From NCBI GenBank assembly GCA_020851795.1, contig JADZCA010000001.1, positions 3,661 through 67,660 of the forward strand: DNA of 64,000 nucleotides, read 5' to 3'. Positions 27,652 through 34,710 of this stretch are shown piece by piece. The stretch is from Planctomycetota bacterium. GTDB lineage: Bacteria > Planctomycetota > PLA2 > JAEUHO01. The notes under the pieces are model-generated. The model saw only the letters and a program-made list of their open reading frames with translations, was not told where the DNA came from and made no database searches. A program made the position numbers and the translations under genes. Positions within the stretch are counted from its first letter, which is position 1. Each line of letters begins with the position of its first letter.

Positions 27652-29132
27652 GGGCGGTCGGCCTGCGGGGGATCCTCCTCCTCGCGTGCGCCGTCGTGCT
27701 CGCTCGGCCCGCGCCCGCCGCCCCGTCCGCCGACGCCGTGGCCGCGGCGCGCGCCGTCGCACAGAAGGCGCGCGCCAAGGACGCCGACGACCTGCGGCGG
27801 CTGGCGCGCTGGGGCGACGAGGTCGGCGTCCCGCGCACGGCCGACGCGGACTGGGAGCGCGCGTGGGCGCTCGACCCCGACGACGACGCGACGCGCAAGC
27901 GCCTGCACGTGCTCAAGCGGGGGGCGGAGTGCGTGCGCGACGAGGCCTCGTGGGCGCTCGTGCGCACCGCCAAGGACCCCAAGCCCGAGCGGCGCGCCGA
28001 GTACGCGGCGCGGCGCCTCGCCGAGGTCGTGCGGCCGTCGGTCGAGCGCCACCGCGCGGCGGCGGCGGCGCTCTACGCCGCCGGGCTCCCCGACGAAGGC
28101 GTCGCCGAGCTCGCACACGTGCTCGCGCTCGACCCCGCCGACCCTTGGGCGCGTCTCGCGCTGGGCGACGTGCTCGACCCCGGCGCCGGCTGGGTGCCCG
28201 CCGACCTCGCGGCGCGCTGGAACGCCGACGAACACGCGGGCGCCGTGGTGCGGCGCCTCGGCGCCGCGGGCGTCCGCGCCGAGCGCGTGCCGGGCGAGGG
28301 GCCGCGCTCGGCCGCGGTGGGAAAGCCGCTCGCGGTGTGGCGGCTGCGCGAGTGGGTGCTCGAGACCGACCACGACGAGGAGACCGCGGCCGCGACGCTG
28401 GAGGCGGTGGACCTCGCCGCGCGCTGGTTCCGCGCGCGCTTCGGCGTCGCGCCCGCGGCGCCGGTGCTGCCGGGCGAGGGCCGGCTCGTGCTCCTCTCCT
28501 CCGAGGAACTCTACGCCCGCGCGGTGGACGGGGAGACGGGCCTGTCGCCGGCGGTGCGCCGCTTCGCCAAGGGGCTCTCGGCCATCCCGGTGCCGGCGGA
28601 GCCCGACCGCGGGCCGTGGGTCGTGCTGCTCGAGCGGCCGAGCCTCGAGTTCGCCGCGGACGCGTGCGTGCACTACGCGATGCACCTGCTCTTCCAGGCG
28701 CGCTACCACGTGACCTCCGACGAGGGGTGGCTCTACGAGGGGCTCGCGGCCTACGCGACGATCCGACTCCTCTCGACGCAGGCGTCGTGGTGCGTGCGTC
28801 TGGAGGAGACGTCGGCGGCGACGGCCGAGCGCGCGCCCCACGCCGAGGCGTGGGCCGAGCAGACGTGGACGACGGTGGGGCGCGGGCGCGACGAGCCGCT
28901 CGTGCGCCTCGTCGGGGCCTCGCTCAACGAGCTCGACGGGCCCATGCTCGTCAAGGCGTGGTCGTTCCTGCGCTTCCTGCTCGAGGAGCACGCCGAGGAG
29001 GGCGAGGCGTTCCTCGCCGCCAAGCGCCTCGGGCTGAAGACCCCGCAGGCGCTGCTCGCCGCGACCGGGCTGCGGCTCGAGGACGCCGACGCCGCGTGGC
29101 GTGCGTGGGTGGGCGCGACGCTGGGGGAGTGA
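27648..29132 (+). CDS. Secreted protein with Peptidase_MA-like domain in which HExxH reads HYAMH
   Basis: The GTG at 27648 overlaps the upstream TGA (GTGA) and is in frame with track ORF 26208..29132. The signal peptide is VRAVGLRGILLLACAVVLARPAPA. VHYAMH-x17-E sits within GWLYEGLAAYA, which resembles the WLNESFATY block of pepN in this same window. Confidence 0.7.
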   Translation: MRAVGLRGILLLACAVVLARPAPAAPSADAVAAARAVAQKARAKDADDLRRLARWGDEVGVPRTADADWERAWALDPDDDATRKRLHVLKRGAECVRDEASWALVRTAKDPKPERRAEYAARRLAEVVRPSVERHRAAAAALYAAGLPDEGVAELAHVLALDPADPWARLALGDVLDPGAGWVPADLAARWNADEHAGAVVRRLGAAGVRAERVPGEGPRSAAVGKPLAVWRLREWVLETDHDEETAAATLEAVDLAARWFRARFGVAPAAPVLPGEGRLVLLSSEELYARAVDGETGLSPAVRRFAKGLSAIPVPAEPDRGPWVVLLERPSLEFAADACVHYAMHLLFQARYHVTSDEGWLYEGLAAYATIRLLSTQASWCVRLEETSAATAERAPHAEAWAEQTWTTVGRGRDEPLVRLVGASLNELDGPMLVKAWSFLRFLLEEHAEEGEAFLAAKRLGLKTPQALLAATGLRLEDADAAWRAWVGATLGE

Positions 29133-29151
29133 GCCCCCGGCGGGCGCCCGG

Positions 29152-31980
29152 TCAGCGCACCTGCAGCGTCTTGAGGAACTCGACGAGGTCTTCCTGCGCA
29201 CGCGGGCCCGCCGCCGCGAAGGCGTCGCGCGAGGCCTGCCCCTCGCCGCCGTGGGCGAGGATCGCCTCGGTGATCGTCGTGGCGCGGCCGTGGTGGAGGA
29301 AGGGCGGCTCGCTCGAAAAGCCCCAGAGCTTCTTGGTGAGCCACAGGCGCGTCGGCACGCCGGCCTGCACGAGCGTCTCGTTGTCGAGCGCGGGGCCCAT
29401 GTCGTGGCGCTTGAGGTCGGTGAACGCGGGGACGAGCACGGACCCGTCGTCCTCGCGGGGGAGGCGCGGCCCCGGGCCCGTCGTCGTCAGGTCCACCGTG
29501 ACCGGCACGGCCACGTCCGCGGCGCGCAGCGTGCCGGGCGGGTTCCACGGGCCCGGCTCGGAGAAGAGCGGGCTGCGCAGGCGCAGCGCGGGGACGTGGC
29601 ACGTCGCGCAGCCGATCCGCTCGAACATCGTCCGGCCTCGGTACGCCGCGTGCCACGCGACGGGGTCGGTGGGCCACGACGACGTCGGCACCTGCAGCGT
29701 GGCCTGCCACAGCGACAGCGCCGTGAGGTCGCCCGCCGTCAGCTCGTCCACCACGCCGTCGCCGTCGGCGTCCACGCCGAGCCCGACGCGCTCGCTCGCC
29801 TGCATGCCGTGGTGGTGGTTCACCGCGTTGGCGGTGAACTCGCGGAGCGAGACGACGACGCCCTTCTGGTGGAACGGGCGCACGATCAGGTCGGCGTCCA
29901 CGCCCTCGACGCCCGACGCGTCGAGCGACCCGTCGGCGTGGGCGGTGATCGTGCCGAACGAGACGCCCTTGGCGACGAGGGCGCGCGTGACGTCGAAACC
30001 GGAGGCCGCTGCGGTGGACACGGCCTCGGCACGCACCGCGCGGAGGTCCTCGGTCATCTCGCGCGCGAGCAGCTCGATGTAGCCCGAACCGAACATGCCG
30101 AGCGTGTTGCGCTCGTTGCCCACGCCGCGCAGCGTCTGGGCGGCCGAGCCGTCGCCCGCGCCGGGCGGCGCGGTGAAGTCCACGAACGGGAGGCGCTGGG
30201 CGAGGACGAACACGTTGGCGACCTGGTCGCCGCCGCCGCCCGCGACCGGCAGGTTGTGGCACCCCGAGCACGCGTTCGCGTCCGGGCCGGAGATCCGGTT
30301 GAAGTTCTCGGGGGCCGTTCGCGGGGCGCGGGGGGCTCCCGTGCCCGTCGACCCGGGCCGTCCGGCGCCGTCGAGCGTGTTGAAGGAGGCGACGAAGAGA
30401 CGCTCCCCGGCGGCCAGCAGCGCCGCGGTGGGCACCGCGCCCGCCTCGACCGCGGCGAGGTCCACGTGCGACCGCACGACGGGCGCGTCGCCGACGGCGT
30501 CCTCCTCGTCGGCGGGCAGCTCGAGCGTCGGCGTGCCTTCCGGCAGGATCTGCAGCGTGCGGAGGAAGGCGACGAGCTTGCGACGGTCGTCGGACCCGAG
30601 CGCGGCGAACGCGTCGCGCGAGGCCTGCCCCTCGCCGCCGTGGGCGAGGATCGCCTCGGCGACCGTCGTGGCGCGGCCGTGGTGGAGGAAGGGCGGCTCG
30701 CTCGAGAAGCCCCACAGCTTCTTCGTGAGCCACATCCGCGTCGGCACGCCGCCCTGCACGAGCTTCTCGTTGTCGAGGCCCGGCCCCATGTCGTGGCGCT
30801 TGAGGTCGGAGTAGAGCGGCACGACGACCGCGCCGCCCGGCTCGCGCGCGAGGTGCGGTGCCGGGCCGGTCGTGGTCAGGTCGAAGCGGATCGGGCTCGC
30901 GACGTCGGCCGGACGCAGGTTCCCGGGCGGGTTGAACGGCGAGGGCTCGGAGAACACCGGGTCGTCGAGGCGCAGCGACGGGACGTGGCACGTCGCGCAC
31001 CCGATCGCGCCGAAGAGCGCCTCGCCGGCGGCGACGTCGGCGCGGCCCTGCGCCGAGGTGGGCATGCGGCGCCCGGGCGGCGGCAGCGTGGCCTGGAAGA
31101 TCGTCGCCGCGGTCACGTCGCCCACCGAGAGCTCGTCCACGACGCCGTCGCCGTCGTCGTCCACGCCCGCGCCGGCGCGCTCGACGCTCGACATGCCGTG
31201 GTGGTGGAGCATCGCGTTGTTGGTGAACACGCGCAGCGACACGACGACGCCCTTCTGGTGGAACGGGCGCACGACGAGGTCGGCGTCCACGCCCTCGACG
31301 GCGGAGGTGTCGAGCGTGCCGTCGGGGTGCGCGGTCAGCGAGCCGAACGACACGCCCTTGGCGACGAGGGCCCGCGTCTCGTCGGTGCCCGACTGCGCGG
31401 CGGCGGCGACCGCGGCGGCGCGCACCGCGGCGAGGTCGCGCGTCATCTCGCGCGCGAGCAGCTCGACGTAGCCCGCGCCGTACATGCCGAGCGTGTTGCG
31501 CTCGTTGGCCGCCTCGCGCAGCGTGTGGGTCTCGAAGCCGTCGCCCTCGCCCGGCGGCTGGGCGAAGTCCACGAACGGGAACCGCTGGCCGAGGACGAAG
31601 ACGTTGGCGACATTGTCGCCGCCCGCCCCGACGGCGGGCAGGTTGTGGCAACCCGCGCACGAGCTCGCGTCCGGGCCCGAGACGCGGTTGAACGCGTCGA
31701 GGCCCGTGCGACGGGCGCGCGCGGCGCCCGTGCCGGTGCGCTCGGGGCGGCCGGCCCCGTCGAAGGCGTTGAAGGAGGCGACGAACAGCGCTCGGCCCTC
31801 GGCGATGCAGTGCTCGACCGCGTCGGCGCCGGAGTCGAGGTGGGCTTGGTCCACGTGGGAGGCGAGCACCGGGCCGTCGCCCACCGTCGGGGCGGCCGGG
31901 CCGCCGGACGAGCCCCCGAAGCCGCAGCCCGCGCAGAGCGCGGTCGCCAACGCGGCCGCCGTCGTCCACCGTCGATGCAT
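29152..31980 (-). CDS. Tandem-duplicated di-haem oxidoreductase/putative peroxidase (2 x DUF1111 modules, four CxxCH)
   Basis: The ATG at 31980 is in frame with track ORF 29152..32046. The lipobox-like signal is ALATALCAGC. Haem motifs are CAGCH, CATCH, CSGCH and CATCH. The two ~463-aa halves align throughout, for example RPFHQKGVVVSLR and WGFSSEPPFLHHGRATT in both. Confidence 0.88.
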   Translation of the reverse strand: MHRRWTTAAALATALCAGCGFGGSSGGPAAPTVGDGPVLASHVDQAHLDSGADAVEHCIAEGRALFVASFNAFDGAGRPERTGTGAARARRTGLDAFNRVSGPDASSCAGCHNLPAVGAGGDNVANVFVLGQRFPFVDFAQPPGEGDGFETHTLREAANERNTLGMYGAGYVELLAREMTRDLAAVRAAAVAAAAQSGTDETRALVAKGVSFGSLTAHPDGTLDTSAVEGVDADLVVRPFHQKGVVVSLRVFTNNAMLHHHGMSSVERAGAGVDDDGDGVVDELSVGDVTAATIFQATLPPPGRRMPTSAQGRADVAAGEALFGAIGCATCHVPSLRLDDPVFSEPSPFNPPGNLRPADVASPIRFDLTTTGPAPHLAREPGGAVVVPLYSDLKRHDMGPGLDNEKLVQGGVPTRMWLTKKLWGFSSEPPFLHHGRATTVAEAILAHGGEGQASRDAFAALGSDDRRKLVAFLRTLQILPEGTPTLELPADEEDAVGDAPVVRSHVDLAAVEAGAVPTAALLAAGERLFVASFNTLDGAGRPGSTGTGAPRAPRTAPENFNRISGPDANACSGCHNLPVAGGGGDQVANVFVLAQRLPFVDFTAPPGAGDGSAAQTLRGVGNERNTLGMFGSGYIELLAREMTEDLRAVRAEAVSTAAASGFDVTRALVAKGVSFGTITAHADGSLDASGVEGVDADLIVRPFHQKGVVVSLREFTANAVNHHHGMQASERVGLGVDADGDGVVDELTAGDLTALSLWQATLQVPTSSWPTDPVAWHAAYRGRTMFERIGCATCHVPALRLRSPLFSEPGPWNPPGTLRAADVAVPVTVDLTTTGPGPRLPREDDGSVLVPAFTDLKRHDMGPALDNETLVQAGVPTRLWLTKKLWGFSSEPPFLHHGRATTITEAILAHGGEGQASRDAFAAAGPRAQEDLVEFLKTLQVR

Positions 31981-32129
31981 CGTCGCCTCCGAGTCGTCCA
32001 CGGTACCCGACTGGCGGTGGGTCCCGGGGAGGGGGCGCACCGGCACGAAATCTCCTCATCGGCGCGGACGAGGCCTCGGGGTGAATTCGGACCGAAGCAC
32101 TCCGATTTCGCCGGGTCGCCGACGTCGCG

Positions 32130-33071
32130 TCAGCGGCCGCAGAGCCGGCGGAACGCGCACGAGGCGCAGCGGTCGCGGTCGTCGGTCATCGGGAACGCGA
32201 GCATGCTCGGCTCGGAGCCGCCGCCCATGCGCAGCTTCTCGCGCATCGCCCCGATGCTCTCGCGCATGGTCGTGCGCGCGGCGTCGAGGGCTGCGGGCGT
32301 CGCGGGCACCGCGTGCACCGCGCCCGTGTTGACGTAGACGAGGCGACCGGTGACGGCGGTCGCGGGCACGCCGTGCTTGGCCTCGACGTACATCGCGTAC
32401 ACCTGCACCTGCAGCGTGTTCGCCTCGACGCGCTCCTCGCCGGTCTTCCAGTCGTAGACCTCGGCGCCCGACGGGACCCGACGGCCGAAGTCGAGCGACG
32501 CCCACACCGGCGTGCCCTCGAAGTCGAACGAGTCGAGGGTCTCGATGGGCAGCCACGTGCGCGGGTCGGAGGCCGCGAGGTCGGCGAAGAGCCGCGAGCC
32601 GAGGAACCCGCGCAGGCCGTCGACGGCCCGGCGGTTCATCTCCTTCCACTCGGTGTCGGCGACCGGCACGCCGTACTCGTGCTCGACGAGGCCGAACGAC
32701 CGCTTGGGGTCGGCGCGGTAGCGGCCCTCGCGCGACTCGCGGAACTGCGACCGCATCGAGCGCGTCAGCCGCTCGGTCTCGGCGTCGGGGTCCACGGCGG
32801 TGCCGCCCTCGAGCGCGAGGCCCTCCTCGGCGGTGGCGGCGGCGAGCAGGCCGCGGAGGACCCGCTCGATGGCGCGGTGCACCGCGTCGCCGACCCAGGT
32901 CCAGCGGCTGTGGAGGTTCTTGAGGACGTAGGCCTCGCGGGTCTCGCGCGGCGCGTCGGACGCCCACCCGCCCCAGGCGCCGTAGTAGGTCCACCAGTAC
33001 TTGCGCAGGCACCAGCCGAAGGTCTCGGCCCGCGACTTCGACCAGGTGAGGCGGTTCTCGAGGAGGGGCAC
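32130..33071 (-). CDS. PD-(D/E)XK nuclease family protein (Cas4/AddB-like Fe-S cysteine pattern)
   Basis: Track ORF. An N-terminal Cys (FGWCLRKYW) plus the C-terminal CASCAFRRLC gives a C...CxxCxxxxxC pattern. SLDFG...VYDWKTG is consistent with a D...(D/E)xK core. Confidence 0.72.
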   Translation of the reverse strand: MPLLENRLTWSKSRAETFGWCLRKYWWTYYGAWGGWASDAPRETREAYVLKNLHSRWTWVGDAVHRAIERVLRGLLAAATAEEGLALEGGTAVDPDAETERLTRSMRSQFRESREGRYRADPKRSFGLVEHEYGVPVADTEWKEMNRRAVDGLRGFLGSRLFADLAASDPRTWLPIETLDSFDFEGTPVWASLDFGRRVPSGAEVYDWKTGEERVEANTLQVQVYAMYVEAKHGVPATAVTGRLVYVNTGAVHAVPATPAALDAARTTMRESIGAMREKLRMGGGSEPSMLAFPMTDDRDRCASCAFRRLCGR

Positions 33072-33118
33072 GCGCGGAGGATAGCGATCCGGCCCGTCCG
33101 GCGCCCTATGCTTCGAGG

Positions 33119-34372
33119 GTGATCCTCGCGTTCTCGATGGACGAGGCGGCCGGTCTGGGGGTGGCCCTGGCGGTCGGCCTGCTCTTCGGGCTCCAGCGGG
33201 AGCGGGCCCAGCGCACCACCGGCCGCCGCGCGCTCGCGGGCGCGCGGACGTTCCCGATCGTGGCGCTGCTGGGCGCCGTCTCGGTCGCGCTCGCCGGGGG
33301 CGAGGTCGGGGGGCTCGCCGTCGCGGGGTTCTGCGCGGTCGGGCTGCTGACCGCCGTCGGCTACTGGCGGACGTCGGCCGACGAGAAGGGCGTGGGCCTG
33401 ACGACGGAGGCGTTGCTGCTCCTCGCCTACGTGCTAGGCGCGGGCGCCGCGGCGGGGCACCGCCAGCTCGTGACGGTCGTGGGCGCGGCGGCGTTCGTCC
33501 TCGTCGGGCTCAAGGAGCGCCTCCACGGGTTCGCGGGGCGGCTGACCGACGAGGACGAGGGCGCGTTCCTCAAGTTCGTCGCCGTCGCGCTGCTCGTGCT
33601 CCCCTTGCTGCCCGACCGTGACGTCGGCCCGTTCGGCGCGCTCAACGCCTACGACGTCGGGCGGATGGTCGTGCTCGTCGCGGGCGTGTCCTTCGTCGGC
33701 TACGTCGCGGTCAAGGTGGTGGGCCCCGGCCACGGCCTGCTCGTGACGGGGCTGCTCGGCGGGCTCGCCTCCTCCACCGCGACGACCGCGGCGTTCGCGC
33801 GCCGCAGCCGCGAGAACCCCGAGCTCTCCGCACCGCTCGCCGCGGGGGCGATCGGCGCGTGCGGCGTGAGCTTCCCGCGCATCTTCGCGCTCGCCGTGGT
33901 GGTCTCGCCGGCGTTCGCGCAGCGCCTGTGGCCCGCGCTGCTCCCGATGGCGCTCGGGAACGCGGTCGCCGCGGTCCCCGGGCTGCTCGCGGTGCGGCGG
34001 GCCTCGACCGAGGTGCCGCTGAAGAACCCGTTCGAGCTGGCCCCCGCGGTCTGGTTCGCGGCGATCTACGCGGTCGTGGTGCTCGTCGCGCGCGCGGCGC
34101 AGGCGTGGTTCGGCGACGCGGGTCTGATCGTGGCCGGGGCGCTGGCCGGCACCACCGACATGGACGCGATCACGCTGTCGGTCGCGCGGATCTTCTCGAC
34201 CTCGGGCGACGGGGCGTCGCTGGTGCGGGCCGTCGTCGTCGCCGCGGTGGCCAACGCCGTGGTCAAGTCGGCGATCGCCTGGACCGCGGGCACGCGCGAG
34301 TACGGGCGCCGCGTCGCGTTCGGGGTGCTCGGGTCCGCCGCGCTGGGCCTCCTGGGCCTCCTCTTCGTCTAG
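33119..34372 (+). CDS. MgtC/SapB-family membrane protein with DUF4010-type C-terminal domain
   Basis: Track ORF of ~417 aa that is hydrophobic throughout. Motifs: GLLFGLQRE, RTFPIVALLGA, GLLGGLASSTATTAAFA, GALAGTTDMDAITLS. Confidence 0.82.
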   Translation: MILAFSMDEAAGLGVALAVGLLFGLQRERAQRTTGRRALAGARTFPIVALLGAVSVALAGGEVGGLAVAGFCAVGLLTAVGYWRTSADEKGVGLTTEALLLLAYVLGAGAAAGHRQLVTVVGAAAFVLVGLKERLHGFAGRLTDEDEGAFLKFVAVALLVLPLLPDRDVGPFGALNAYDVGRMVVLVAGVSFVGYVAVKVVGPGHGLLVTGLLGGLASSTATTAAFARRSRENPELSAPLAAGAIGACGVSFPRIFALAVVVSPAFAQRLWPALLPMALGNAVAAVPGLLAVRRASTEVPLKNPFELAPAVWFAAIYAVVVLVARAAQAWFGDAGLIVAGALAGTTDMDAITLSVARIFSTSGDGASLVRAVVVAAVANAVVKSAIAWTAGTREYGRRVAFGVLGSAALGLLGLLFV

Positions 34373-34425
34373 GAGCCCGTCTCGGACGCCGGGCGCTGCG
34401 GGGCCGGTCCTCGTGACGGGCTCCT
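34371..34425 (+). terminator. Stem-loop directly after the MgtC-like stop codon (11-bp outer stem AGGAGCCCGTC/GACGGGCTCCT)
   Basis: I checked the pairing by hand: 34371-34381 pairs with 34425-34415. There is no U-tract. It is followed by the (GCGGAG)x4 microsatellite at 34431-34454. Confidence 0.4.
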
Positions 34426-34540
34426 GAGGGGCGGAGGCGGAGGCGGAGGCGGAGGCCTGCGCGGAGGGGGGAGGGAGCGACTCGCGCCGCGTGGCGGGTG
34501 CGCGCGACATCGGCGAAGGCGCTCGTCGCAGGGCCCCTCG

Positions 34541-34593
34541 CGCCGCCGAGCTCACGAGCCGACGAGGTCGGGGCGGCGCGTCGCGCCCGGGCG
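34541..34593 (+). repeat. Copy of the 52-nt intergenic element (family 2)
   Basis: The copy reads CGCCGCCGAGCTCACGAGCCGACGAGGTCGGGGCGGCGCGTCGCGCCCGGGCG. It lies between convergent gene ends (34372 and 34711). Confidence 0.8.
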
Positions 34594-34710
34594 CGACGCG
34601 GCGCCCGAGGGCGCGCTGCGCGACGGCGCGGCGACGCGACCCCGGCTTCGACGATCGCGCGGGACCCGCGCGGGGGCGACGACCGCCGTGCGCCCGCCCG
34701 GGACCGGCTC

